A DNA stretch of 62,865 nt, counting the filler. It is 6 parts of 6 records of this genome, joined end to end, with 100 filler letters (N's around TTAATTAATTAA, not from the genome) between each part and the next. Parts side by side here need not be neighbours in the genome. Positions count along the whole stretch, not along the records: positions 32,649 to 55,955 come from DRR723986_86189; positions 56,056 to 62,865 come from DRR723986_86220; 4 more parts are not named here. The stretch is one strand, 5' to 3'. Position numbers and translations under genes: made by a program. How positions within the stretch are numbered: position 1 is the first letter of the stretch; each line of letters opens with the position of its first letter. Below the pieces are notes generated by a model that was given only the letters and a program-made list of their open reading frames with translations, was not told the DNA's origin and ran no database searches. Positions 52,873 to 62,613 of this stretch are shown here, piece by piece.

Positions 52873-54555
52873 ATGGGAACAAAGGTACTTTCAGATATAG
52901 AAATAGCACAGGCAGCAAAATTAGAACACATTAAAAATATCGCTGAAAAATTAGGCATCAGCGAAGATGATTTAGAGATGTATGGAAAATACAAAGCTAA
53001 AATCCCTTTAAATCTAATAGATCCGGCAAAAATTGAAAAGTCAAATTTAATTTTGGTGACGGCCCTAACCCCTACGCCAGCAGGAGAAGGTAAAACAACA
53101 ACTTCTATCGGACTTACCGAAGGTTTAAATAAAATTGGTAAAAAAACTACTGTAGTTTTAAGAGAACCTTCTCTAGGCCCTGTATTCGGAATTAAAGGAG
53201 GAGCAGCCGGTGGCGGTAATGCACAAGTTGTCCCTATGGAAGACATCAATTTACACTTTACAGGAGATTTCTCTGCGGTTGAAAAAGCTAATAATTTATT
53301 ATCTGCATTGATCGATAACAACATTCAGAGTAAAACCAAAAGTCTAGGTATTGATCCAAGAACTATCGGTTGGAAACGTGTGATGGACATGAACGACAGA
53401 GCATTAAGAGATATCGTTATTGGTTTAGGTGGTACTGGAAATGGAATTCCAAGAGAAGATGGGTTCAATATTACTCCTGCATCTGAAGTTATGGCTATCT
53501 TATGTATGGCTGAAAACTTTGAAGATTTAAAAACAAGATTGGGTAATATTTATGTTGGTCAAACATTCGATAAAAAACCGATTTACGCGAGAGATTTAAA
53601 AGCTGAAAATGCAATGGCTATCTTATTAAAAGACGCTATTCAACCGAACTTAGTTCAAACCTTAGAAGGTAATCCAGCAATTATTCATGGAGGACCTTTT
53701 GCGAACATAGCGCAAGGAACCAACACTATTATTGCTACCAAAATGGGACTTTCTTTGAGTGATTATGTGGTTACTGAGGCTGGATTTGGCGCCGATTTAG
53801 GTGCTGAGAAATTCTTAAATATCAAATGTGTATCTGGAGGATTAAAACCAAAAGCTACAGTGTTAGTTGCTACTATTAGAGCATTAAGACATCACGGTGG
53901 AGCGGAAAAAGAAGAGTACAATACGCCGAGCACTGAAAGAGTGGCTAACGGATTAGCTAACTTAGGTAAACACATTGAGAACATGCAGAAATTTGGATTA
54001 AATCCGGTCGTTGCAATTAATGCGTTCCCGACAGACACAGAGGAAGAAATACAATTAATAAAGGAAAGATGTGAAAGCAGAGGCTGTCAAGCAGTGGTAG
54101 CTAAAGGATGGGCTGATGGCGGAAACGGAATGACTGAATTAGCAGAAGCAGTTGTCAAGGTAATTGAAAGTGGTTCTAACAAATTCAAACAGCTGTATAA
54201 TTGGAATTCCCCTATTAAAGAAAAAATTGAGACAATTGCGCGAGAAGTATATGGTGCTGATGGTGTTGAATACTCTAAAAAAGCATTAACAGATTTAAAA
54301 AAGATAGAAGATTTAGGACTTTCTAAACTTCCTATTTGCATGGCCAAAACTCAAAAATCTTTTTCTGACAATGATAAATTACTTGGAAGACCTACAGGAT
54401 TTCATGTAAATGTGAGAGAGTTTGAATTCGCTGCTGGCGCAGGATTCATTATCCCAATATTAGGAGTGATGATGAGAATGCCTGGACTACCGGCAACACC
54501 AGCCTCTGAAGGCATGTCAATTGACAACAACGGTATTATCTCAGGTTTATCCTAA
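52873..54555 (+). CDS. fhs: Formate--tetrahydrofolate ligase
   Basis: TPTPAGEGKTT, KGGAAGGG, HGGPFANIA, TEAGFGADLG, MPGLP. Confidence 0.97.
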   Translation: MGTKVLSDIEIAQAAKLEHIKNIAEKLGISEDDLEMYGKYKAKIPLNLIDPAKIEKSNLILVTALTPTPAGEGKTTTSIGLTEGLNKIGKKTTVVLREPSLGPVFGIKGGAAGGGNAQVVPMEDINLHFTGDFSAVEKANNLLSALIDNNIQSKTKSLGIDPRTIGWKRVMDMNDRALRDIVIGLGGTGNGIPREDGFNITPASEVMAILCMAENFEDLKTRLGNIYVGQTFDKKPIYARDLKAENAMAILLKDAIQPNLVQTLEGNPAIIHGGPFANIAQGTNTIIATKMGLSLSDYVVTEAGFGADLGAEKFLNIKCVSGGLKPKATVLVATIRALRHHGGAEKEEYNTPSTERVANGLANLGKHIENMQKFGLNPVVAINAFPTDTEEEIQLIKERCESRGCQAVVAKGWADGGNGMTELAEAVVKVIESGSNKFKQLYNWNSPIKEKIETIAREVYGADGVEYSKKALTDLKKIEDLGLSKLPICMAKTQKSFSDNDKLLGRPTGFHVNVREFEFAAGAGFIIPILGVMMRMPGLPATPASEGMSIDNNGIISGLS

Positions 54556-55353
54556 ATGAAAAGTGTATTCGATTACGAAGGATATAAATTTAACAAAGGG
54601 TCGGTTACAAAAGTAACTGACCCTTTGACTGTTGAGGCACCCTTACAAATAAACATTAACGGTGAATCATTTACTGTTGTTATGCAAACACCAGGTGATG
54701 AGATTGAATTGAGCACTGGTCTCCTCTACTCTGAAAATGTGATTAAAGATTTTAGTAAGATTGAATTTGAAATTCATAGAAACAAACTTGATCAAATTGA
54801 AATAATAAATCTTGTTACCACTAAAGACAATTTAGCAGACGGCTATTTAAATAGCCGCAGCTTGCTATCGGTTTCGTCTTGCGGAATTTGTGGTAAACGA
54901 GAATTGTCGGACATAAACACTTCAGGGTCAGCAATCAATAAAGAACTAAAAACTTCGTTTGATAATTTGTTTGAAATGCAAAAAATCATGTTGTCAAAAC
55001 AAGATTTATTCAACATAACTGGAGGATGCCACGGCGTGGCCTTATTTAACAATAAAAGAGAATTACTCACTTTAAAAGAAGACATTGGTCGCCACAACGC
55101 CCTTGACAAATCAATTGGACAACTTATTTTAAATGATCAATTAAAACAAGCGAGTTTTGTTATTTTCTCTGGACGAATTAGTTATGAAATTGTTTCCAAA
55201 GCATTCAGAGCAAAAATTCCAATAATTGCAGCAGTCTCTTCCCCCTCTAGCCTTGCAATTGATTTCGCTAAAGAATATGGCATGACCTTAATCGGTTTTT
55301 GTAGAGAAAATAAAGGGACTTGCTATTCAAATCCTAATCGATTAAACTTTTAA
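54556..55353 (+). CDS. fdhD: Formate dehydrogenase accessory sulfurtransferase FdhD
   Basis: VMQTPG, SSCGICG, TGGCHG, EDIGRHNALDK, SGRISYE. Confidence 0.95.
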   Translation: MKSVFDYEGYKFNKGSVTKVTDPLTVEAPLQININGESFTVVMQTPGDEIELSTGLLYSENVIKDFSKIEFEIHRNKLDQIEIINLVTTKDNLADGYLNSRSLLSVSSCGICGKRELSDINTSGSAINKELKTSFDNLFEMQKIMLSKQDLFNITGGCHGVALFNNKRELLTLKEDIGRHNALDKSIGQLILNDQLKQASFVIFSGRISYEIVSKAFRAKIPIIAAVSSPSSLAIDFAKEYGMTLIGFCRENKGTCYSNPNRLNF

Positions 55354-55473
55354 TATTTATCGGTAATCCTTCCAACCAAGTTGAATAGCGAGGAAATATA
55401 ACACTCTATCGATTTAATATCTTTAAAGCCCAACCAATTCCGTTATTTGACATCTAAAAGACAGAAATCAAAA

Positions 55474-55713
55474 ATGCAAATGATGAAAAAAGTAATTACA
55501 GTTTTTGCAACAGGGCTAATTTCACTAGCCTCTTGCACTGAAAACCAGGGTACTGACAACTTAGAAAATCAAGTTAATCAAGAAGAATTAAATCAAAAAG
55601 AAATTATTGAAATTGAAGAATCCACATCATTGGTTGAAGATGGACTAATTGAATTAGAAACAGAAACAGAAAGTATCAATAGTGAAATAGATTCACTTCT
55701 AAATGAAATTTAA
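55474..55713 (+). CDS. Small acidic lipoprotein
   Basis: MKKVITVFATGLISLASC lipobox followed by a Glu-rich coil. Confidence 0.7.
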   Translation: MQMMKKVITVFATGLISLASCTENQGTDNLENQVNQEELNQKEIIEIEESTSLVEDGLIELETETESINSEIDSLLNEI

Positions 55714-55715
55714 AT

Positions 55716-55955
55716 ATGAAAAAGATAATACTTGCAACCCTATTACTATTAGTGTGTAACGCATATTCTCAGGGAAATAGCGGAAACAAAAAAAACAAAG
55801 GGAATAAAACAGAAAAAGAAATAAAATCCGAATATGAGAAAGAAGACAAATCCGAAGTTGAAAAAATTGAGGAATTAGGAAAGAACAAAGGTCAAGGTAA
55901 AGACAAGGACAAAGACAAAGACAAGGACAAAGACAAAGACAAAGACAAAGACAAA
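55716..55955 (+). CDS. Secreted Lys/Asp-rich hypothetical protein (3' truncated)
   Basis: Signal peptide MKKIILATLLLLVCNAYS, then a charged low-complexity tail. Confidence 0.7.
55902..55955 (+). repeat. Hexamer tandem repeat (GACAAR)x9 coding (DK)n, at the contig break
   Basis: Read directly from the sequence. Confidence 0.95.
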
Positions 55956-56055
55956 NNNNNNNNNNNNNNNNNNNNNNNNNNNNNNNNNNNNNNNNNNNNT
56001 TAATTAATTAANNNNNNNNNNNNNNNNNNNNNNNNNNNNNNNNNNNNNNNNNNNN

Positions 56056-56328
56056 TTCAGGCCTGAAGCGGTGGATGATTTCTTGGAAAACTTCAATGCA
56101 AACAAGAAATCCATTCGGAATTTTCCAGGTTGCCACCATTTGGAGCTTTGGCAAGATGAAAATGTTAAAAATATTTTCCTGACACACAGTCATTGGGAAA
56201 GCGAAGAGCACCTGAATCAATACCGTGATTCTGAGCTTTTTAAATCAGTTTGGACATTTACCAAAGCGCTGTTTTCTGATAAACCTATTGCCTTTAGCTC
56301 AAGAAAGTTGGAAGAAGTAGAAAAATGA
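56056..56328 (+). CDS. Antibiotic biosynthesis monooxygenase (ABM) family protein (5' truncated)
   Basis: IRNFPGCHHLEL...FLTHSHWESEEHLNQYRDSELF. Confidence 0.88.
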   Translation, partial: FRPEAVDDFLENFNANKKSIRNFPGCHHLELWQDENVKNIFLTHSHWESEEHLNQYRDSELFKSVWTFTKALFSDKPIAFSSRKLEEVEK

Positions 56329-56417
56329 GTTTGTAGAAAAAAGATTCTTTCTTCATATTTGCATCCCGTTACGCAAGTGACGGAGCCAAGTCAGGTGTAA
56401 GGCCAGACTTACCAAAT

Positions 56418-56499
56418 GCCCAGATGGCGGAATCGGTAGACGCGTTGGTCTCAAACACCAATGCCGCAAGGCGTGCCGGTTCGACTCCGGCTCTGGGTA
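56418..56499 (+). tRNA. tRNA-Leu (CAA)
   Basis: GCCCAGATGGCGGAATCGGTAGACGCG-TTGGT-CTCAAAC-ACCAA...GGTTCGACTCCGGCTCTGGGTA. Long variable arm. Confidence 0.95.
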
Positions 56500-56500
56500 C

Positions 56501-56528
56501 AAAAGCTCGCTGAAAAGCGGGCTTTTTT
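56501..56528 (+). terminator. Rho-independent terminator after tRNA-Leu
   Basis: AAAAGCTCGCT-GAAA-AGCGGGCTTTTTT. Confidence 0.88.
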
Positions 56529-56610
56529 CGTTTACACCTCCCTAAACATTTAATGGCTTTTTCCCCGCGCCTACATTAATTCACAATTTTGTCTAAGTAA
56601 GTTAAATCCA

Positions 56611-56682
56611 TAAAACCATGTAATTTGAAAGTTTAATTTTCAAATTACATGGTTTTAACATTATATTTATGCAATTTGAAAG
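56611..56682. promoter_or_regulatory. Perfect 20-bp inverted repeat plus a third half-site upstream of the AAA ATPase
   Basis: TAAAACCATGTAATTTGAAA (56611-56630), 7-nt spacer, TTTCAAATTACATGGTTTTA (56638-56657). Extra ATGCAATTTGAAAG at 56669-56682. Confidence 0.65.
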
Positions 56683-56697
56683 CAAATTGTAAAGGAG

Positions 56698-57891
56698 ATG
56701 ATCCAAAGAATACTTGAAGAAAAGCTTATTGACAGCCTGAAAAATATGCCTGTAGTGGTTATTCTAGGCCCAAGGCAGGTAGGAAAAACTACTCTAGCTT
56801 TAGACTTGGTAAAGACTGCTTTGGACAAACCTATCCATTATTTGGATTTGGAGCTGAATTCTGATTTGGCGAAACTCGATGATGCAGAAAGCTATTTAAG
56901 ACGCTTTGAAAGTCAGCTTTTGGTAATCGACGAGGTGCAAAGAAAACCAGAACTCTTCCCAGTTATTAGGGCTTTGGTGGATTTGCGCAAGCGGAACGGA
57001 GAGCGTGCGGGTCATTTTCTTCTGCTAGGCTCTGCCTCACGAGATCTTTTACAACAATCTTCTGAATCTCTTGCAGGACGAATTCGGTACTTGGAGCTCA
57101 ATCCCTTTTCTGCCAATGAACTTAACCTGAACGATCCTCTGGGTTTTAACTTGGAGAAATTATGGTTTCGAGGTGGTTTCCCTGACAGCTATCTAGCTGA
57201 CTCAGAAATCCAAAGTCAAAACTGGCGACGAGACTTTATTTCCACTTATGTAGAAAAGGATATACCGCTCTTTGGCCCACAAGTTCCAGCCACTCGAATG
57301 AAACGCTTTTGGTCCATGCTTGCACATTATCACGGACAGCAAGCGGTAATGACAGAGATTGCAAAAAGTCTGGAGGTAAGTCACACCACTGCCCGAAATT
57401 ATCTGGACATTCTTCAGGATTTCTTCATGGTGAGGCAGTTACATCCTTGGTCTGGCAACACAAAAAAGCGATTGGTAAAAACCCCAAAAGTATATATTCG
57501 GGACACAGGATTATTACATAGTCTACTGAACGTTTCTTCTTTCGATCAGCTGCTAGGACATCCAGCCGTCGGGGCAAGCTGGGAAGGGTTTGTGATGGAA
57601 AATATCCTGAACCAATTACCCACTGACTGGTCAGCAAGTTATTATCGCTCAAGTAATCAGGCAGAAATTGACCTAGTTCTTGAGTTTGGGACAAATGAAG
57701 TATGGGGAATAGAAATAAAAAAATCGAGTGCGCCGACCATCAGATCAGGTTTTCATAGAGCCTGTGAGGACATAGGTGTTACCAAAAAATATGTGGTTTA
57801 TTCTGGTGCTGACAGATTCCCGATGAGAGGAGATATTGAGGCTGTAGGGCTGATCGAATTTCTGGGGATGATAAGCACTGCAGAAAAATAG
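56698..57891 (+). CDS. AAA_14 ATPase with DUF4143 C-terminal domain
   Basis: GPRQVGKTT, IDEVQ, LLGSAS, ESLAGR, RGGFP, KTPKVYIRDTGLL, EIDLV...IEIK. Confidence 0.92.
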   Translation: MIQRILEEKLIDSLKNMPVVVILGPRQVGKTTLALDLVKTALDKPIHYLDLELNSDLAKLDDAESYLRRFESQLLVIDEVQRKPELFPVIRALVDLRKRNGERAGHFLLLGSASRDLLQQSSESLAGRIRYLELNPFSANELNLNDPLGFNLEKLWFRGGFPDSYLADSEIQSQNWRRDFISTYVEKDIPLFGPQVPATRMKRFWSMLAHYHGQQAVMTEIAKSLEVSHTTARNYLDILQDFFMVRQLHPWSGNTKKRLVKTPKVYIRDTGLLHSLLNVSSFDQLLGHPAVGASWEGFVMENILNQLPTDWSASYYRSSNQAEIDLVLEFGTNEVWGIEIKKSSAPTIRSGFHRACEDIGVTKKYVVYSGADRFPMRGDIEAVGLIEFLGMISTAEK

Positions 57892-57939
57892 AAATTACTG
57901 GATATCCATATCTTTAAAGGAAGTCTATTGCTTTTCTAT

Positions 57940-58398
57940 TCAAGGAGTATAATATTCACTCTTCAAACAAGGGCAGTATTCACCTAACTCACAGCCTTCA
58001 GGGTTGCCAGTACAAAAATCAAAGCAATAGATTCCATGCTTGAAAATCATCACCGGCCCCACTAAGATATCCATCAGTAGCTCATATCGTCGTGGCTGCG
58101 GTAGATCGTCCGGAAAGGCTACTTCCAAATTCCAGGAGTTCATCATCGAAACGAAAGCAGTAGTCACCTGAATCAATTGATCTTCAGAAAGCTGTTCTTT
58201 TGGAGGAAAGCTTTCCCGCTTTAGCCCACAGTAGCCTTCAAAGCCAGTCCTTTTTTCCTGACTTACAAACATTTCAGATTCTCGAAGAGACTCCTCCAAA
58301 TCCTCATCTTCTGAATTCTTACTGGATTTTGAATAATAATCCTGTGGGCGATGTGCCGCCACGATATCCTCAACCAAAAAATTAATATAAGCCTGCAT
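57940..58398 (-). CDS. Hypothetical protein with C-terminal Cys cluster
   Basis: 152-aa ORF; FDFCTGNPEGCELGEYCPC. Confidence 0.75.
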   Translation of the reverse strand: MQAYINFLVEDIVAAHRPQDYYSKSSKNSEDEDLEESLRESEMFVSQEKRTGFEGYCGLKRESFPPKEQLSEDQLIQVTTAFVSMMNSWNLEVAFPDDLPQPRRYELLMDILVGPVMIFKHGIYCFDFCTGNPEGCELGEYCPCLKSEYYTP

Positions 58399-58456
58399 AT
58401 CAAGTTTATTTTAAGAGTTTGAAAAATCATTTGACACTTGAAAATAATCATTCAAA

Positions 58457-58714
58457 ATCAAAAATTCATTTCTTTTATAGAAAGGATTGGAAGACTATCA
58501 ATATTGGACCGAGGCTGACATAAAGTTTTTAAGAAAAATCAATATACTGATAAAGGAATGTTAGCGAACTCCTTTTGAGGGAATCGGAAAACCTGAGCCA
58601 CTCAAACATGATTTAGCTGAAACTTGGTCACGAAGAATTGACCTAGAACATCGACTCGTATACCGAGTCAAAAATAAGGCATTAGAAATCGCTCAGTGCA
58701 GACATCATTATTAA
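58457..58714 (+). pseudogene. yoeB: Inactivated Txe/YoeB family toxin, with no adjacent antitoxin
   Basis: Hand translation: IKNSFLL*KGLEDYQYWTEADIKFLRKINILIKEC*RTPFEGIGKPEPLKHDLAETWSRRIDLEHRLVYRVKNKALEIAQCRHHY*. TAG at 58478 and 58562; ATC where the start is expected. Absent from the ORF track. Confidence 0.88.
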
Positions 58715-58789
58715 TAGAAAAAGGCCCACATTTCTGCGAGCCTTTCAAACTTTACATTTCTAATTAAAGAACTTACAAATTTTCGTTAG

Positions 58790-59167
58790 TTACCATCCTA
58801 AAAAAATTAGAAGAACCCCAAACAGCAACAGCCCTATTGAATAACCTCTATTTCTTATAACCCTATTATACCAAGAGGCTTCATTATAAGCTCCCCAAGA
58901 ATGAAACAAATAATAGGACCCTGTGAATAGGACATAAACTCCTATTATTGGAATCCAATTAATCTCGAGAAGAATCATTATTCCTTGCCACATTAAAATT
59001 TGCCCACAACCAATTATAGCCCAAATCCCCCACTTGTACTGAAGGTCTATATCCCCCCCATGGTACCACTTTCTAGTTTTTTTATCTCTTCTTTTTTCTA
59101 ACCAAATCCCCAAAGCCAGAATTAAAACCCCAAAAAATAAGCGAATAGCCCAGTTTTCTGTCACCAT
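58790..59167 (-). CDS. Small membrane hypothetical protein
   Basis: Four hydrophobic segments; AT-rich. Confidence 0.65.
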   Translation of the reverse strand: MVTENWAIRLFFGVLILALGIWLEKRRDKKTRKWYHGGDIDLQYKWGIWAIIGCGQILMWQGIMILLEINWIPIIGVYVLFTGSYYLFHSWGAYNEASWYNRVIRNRGYSIGLLLFGVLLIFLGW

Positions 59168-59215
59168 TTCTGATAAGCCCTATATTTTATTAATACAGAT
59201 TTCTAATTTCAAATT

Positions 59216-61738
59216 TTAAGTCCCCCTCAATATCTCCATCGGAGGCTGATTGATGATTTTCCTGCCATTGAGCCAACCAAGTACAATCGTCAAACCAGTA
59301 ATAGATAAGTAAAGCATCAACGCCTCAAGCCAAGCTCCTCGGAATGGGATGTTAAATACAAACTCACTTAATAGCCAAGTGGCTCCGAAAGACAAAATAA
59401 TCCCGGACAGCGACGCTAAACTCCCCAAAAAGAAGTATTCCAGCGTGTTGATCTTGCTGACAATTGCCGAGCTTGCCCCCAAAGTTCTAAGCAGAATGCT
59501 CTCCCGCATCCGCTGATATTTACTGATTATCAGGGAGCTGATCAATACCAATATTCCAGTAGCAATACTGAAAAAAGCCATAAACTGAATCACAAAGCTG
59601 ATTTTTCCCAAAATTTCTTCCAGCGTCGCTACAATTGCCCCTAGATTGATAATAGAGATATTTGGAAATTCCCGTACGATCTCTGCCTGCACATTTGCTG
59701 CTTCTCTGTCATTTTTAGTCTTAGTGATCAGTACATGAAATTTTGGCGCCTGATCCAAAACTCCCTCAGGAAATAACACCAAGAAATTGGTCGAGACTTG
59801 ATTGAATTTTACATCTCTTAGACTTCCTATATAGGTTTTAATAGGACGTCCCTGCACATTGAACTCCACTTCGTCTCCTATTTTCATTCCGTTGCCTTCG
59901 GCAAAACCTTTTTCAAAAGAAACGAAAACACTGTCTCCCCTTGCACCCATTGGGATTAACTCTCCATCGGTTAATGTTTCCGAAGAAATAAGGGAATCTC
60001 GATAAGTGACACGAAACTCTCTATTATATAACCATCTAGAATAGTCCTCTTCATCAGGAAGCTCTTCGTTCTCCTTTTTGTCTATTCCATTGATTTCATT
60101 TAGCTGCATCGTCACGATAGGAACTTCCTGCATGATCGGAAGATCCCGTGATAAAATTTTAGCTTTTACATCCTGCAGCTGAGCCGTTTGAATATCAAAC
60201 ATCAGCATGTTCGGCTGATCTTCCTTATCTGCAAATTTTGCCTCTTCCAGCAATTGATTTTGAAGAAAAAAGAGCGTGGAAATCATCGCAGTTCCTAGCC
60301 CAATAGTAGCAATCAAGGAAACTGTTTGATTGTTTGGTCTGTACAAATTCGCCAAAGATTGACGCAAGGTGTAGGTAAAAGAGATCGGCAAAAACTTTCT
60401 AACAGCCCAAATGATGAACTGAGCCACAGCCCACAAAATACCAAAGGCAAAAACCACGAATGCGGTAAATCCAAAAGCAAAGTCCACCCTACCCAATAAA
60501 TAGAAACTAAAGCCCCAAATAAAGGCCAGAATCCCTGCAATCACCAACCAACGAAGTGGATCTTTCAGCAATGTAGAATCACCTGTTTCTGGCCTTAGCG
60601 TAGCCATTGGAGAAACATTTCTCACTTTCAGCAAAGGCAAAAGAGCAAACAATATGGACACAAATAAACCTGTGATTATTCCAAAGCCAACTGACAACCA
60701 AGAGATGCCAAAGGAAACTTCAACAGGAAGGAAATCTGCAAAAACAGCCGGAAGTACAAACTGAAGTAAGGTTCCAAAGAAAGCTCCAAGTATGGCGCCG
60801 ACCAATCCCATGATCATGATCTCAAAAAGATAAATCAGTAAAACATCTCTGGAAGCAACACCCAAACAGCGTAAAACTGCTACGGAAGCCAGTTTCTCTT
60901 TGACAAATACATTCACTGCACTAGCCACACCCACACAACCTAGAAGGAGGGCAATAAAGGCTACCAAGCTCAAGAAGTTTGAAAGGTTTTCAAATGACCG
61001 ACCAGTAGATCTCTTTCTATCCTCCACCGTGTCTGCATCTACCCGATCTTCTTCCCATACATCTTCATAAGGCTTGATCAAGGCTTCTACATCCGTGCCT
61101 ACTTCAAACTGAAAGTAGCGACTGTAATTCACTCGGCTTCCGTATTGCACCAAGCCAGTTTCTTCCAAATAAGCTTTAGGAATATAAACTGCTGGTGCGA
61201 CAGAAGCGGTAATTCCTGTCTGCCCAGGAACACTTTGCAACTCTCCAACAACTTTGAAGAGAACCTCTCCTACTTTGATCTGATCACCTACCTCAGCATT
61301 GAACTGGGCCATCAGCGTCTTTTCTACCAATGCTTTTTTCCCGCCTGAGCGGAAATCAGCATCTCCAGAAGCAGGAATGGTTTCTAAAAATCCATAAAAC
61401 GGATACGCACCTTCCAGAGCACGAACCTGCGTCAAACGGCTTGCGCCGGTCTCAGGAAAGGCAACCATACTCGCAAAATTGACCTCTGAAGCCATTTGTA
61501 TAGCAGCACTGTCAATCGCCTGCTCACCAATTGGCTTGTTGTTTTCAAGCACCAAATCAGCTCCCAGAAGCTCTTTGGCCTGATTATTAATATCTGCAGT
61601 GAGATTTTCTCCAAAGGAACTGATTGCTACCAAAGCAGCAATACCCACGACAATGGAGGAAACAAATAGTAAAAGTCGAGAGATGTTTTTCCGGAAATCC
61701 CGGAAAGCCATCTTAATAATCCATCCGAAATCAGGCAT
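59216..61738 (-). CDS. YbbP-like ABC transporter permease (FtsX/MacB type)
   Basis: Two MacB/FtsX halves; LLGADL, YPFYG, LRCLG, NREFRVTY, LRTLGAS. Confidence 0.9.
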   Translation of the reverse strand: MPDFGWIIKMAFRDFRKNISRLLLFVSSIVVGIAALVAISSFGENLTADINNQAKELLGADLVLENNKPIGEQAIDSAAIQMASEVNFASMVAFPETGASRLTQVRALEGAYPFYGFLETIPASGDADFRSGGKKALVEKTLMAQFNAEVGDQIKVGEVLFKVVGELQSVPGQTGITASVAPAVYIPKAYLEETGLVQYGSRVNYSRYFQFEVGTDVEALIKPYEDVWEEDRVDADTVEDRKRSTGRSFENLSNFLSLVAFIALLLGCVGVASAVNVFVKEKLASVAVLRCLGVASRDVLLIYLFEIMIMGLVGAILGAFFGTLLQFVLPAVFADFLPVEVSFGISWLSVGFGIITGLFVSILFALLPLLKVRNVSPMATLRPETGDSTLLKDPLRWLVIAGILAFIWGFSFYLLGRVDFAFGFTAFVVFAFGILWAVAQFIIWAVRKFLPISFTYTLRQSLANLYRPNNQTVSLIATIGLGTAMISTLFFLQNQLLEEAKFADKEDQPNMLMFDIQTAQLQDVKAKILSRDLPIMQEVPIVTMQLNEINGIDKKENEELPDEEDYSRWLYNREFRVTYRDSLISSETLTDGELIPMGARGDSVFVSFEKGFAEGNGMKIGDEVEFNVQGRPIKTYIGSLRDVKFNQVSTNFLVLFPEGVLDQAPKFHVLITKTKNDREAANVQAEIVREFPNISIINLGAIVATLEEILGKISFVIQFMAFFSIATGILVLISSLIISKYQRMRESILLRTLGASSAIVSKINTLEYFFLGSLASLSGIILSFGATWLLSEFVFNIPFRGAWLEALMLYLSITGLTIVLGWLNGRKIINQPPMEILRGT

Positions 61739-62408
61739 CTTCTCCCTCCTGTATTTTACCGCCTTTGATATGAATGATACGCTGAGTCTTTGCCGCCAGT
61801 TCCAAATCGTGCGTCACCAAAACAAGTGTGGTACCTTCTTCCTTATTCAGGTCAAAAATCAATTTCTCGATCATTTCCCCTGTTTCAGTATCCAGATTTC
61901 CAGTTGGTTCATCTGCGAAAAGAATTTTCGGTTCGTTGGCAAAAGCTCTTGCAATAGAAACTCGTTGCTGCTCACCTCCGGAAAGTTGTGTGGGATAATG
62001 GGTTCCTCGATCTCCCAAACCAACTTTATCAAGAAGTTCTTGGGCTTTCTTTCTGGCGTCTTTTCTCTTTTTCAATTCCAACGGAACCATCACATTTTCC
62101 AGTGCGGTCAAGGTTGGCAGAAGCTGGAAATTTTGAAAAATAAAACCTACACTTTGGTTTCTCACTGCTGCGCGCTGATCCTCAGAAAGCTTCTCCAGAG
62201 AATTACCATCAAGTACCACACTTCCAGTGGATCCAGAGTCCAAACCGGCGCAAAGTCCAAGTAAAGTGGTTTTGCCACTTCCTGAAGGACCTACTATGGA
62301 AATGATTTCACCGGATTTAATGTCAAAAGTAACCTCGTCTAGGACAGTCAGTTTTCTGCTGCCACTTGTATAAACCTTACTCAGGTTTGAAACTGATAAA
62401 ATATTCAT
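61731..62408 (-). CDS. YbbA-like ABC transporter ATP-binding protein
   Basis: GPSGSGKTT, LSGGEQQRV, ADEPTGNLD. Start MNILSV at 62408. Confidence 0.93.
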   Translation of the reverse strand: MNILSVSNLSKVYTSGSRKLTVLDEVTFDIKSGEIISIVGPSGSGKTTLLGLCAGLDSGSTGSVVLDGNSLEKLSEDQRAAVRNQSVGFIFQNFQLLPTLTALENVMVPLELKKRKDARKKAQELLDKVGLGDRGTHYPTQLSGGEQQRVSIARAFANEPKILFADEPTGNLDTETGEMIEKLIFDLNKEEGTTLVLVTHDLELAAKTQRIIHIKGGKIQEGEDA

Positions 62409-62613
62409 GTGCTGTACTTGGGTGGGAAAGCGGTTGAGTAAAAGCTTAACGGCAATTGCTCTATATAGTTTGTGGAAGTTAACAATCCAACCACAAATCG
62501 ACAAATAACTTTACAATGATGGTATTTTAAGTCTTGTTTATAATCTTTATCGAACCTTTTACCCTGAAAATCCTTTTGGGTATATAGTTTTACCATTCAC
62601 AATTCAGATTTCT

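Noticed and set aside
58478-58564. Two in-frame TAG codons as evidence of stop-codon recoding
   Set aside because: The neighbouring AAA ATPase gene on the same contig ends in TAG, and the toxin also lacks a start codon and antitoxin. Pseudogenisation is simpler.
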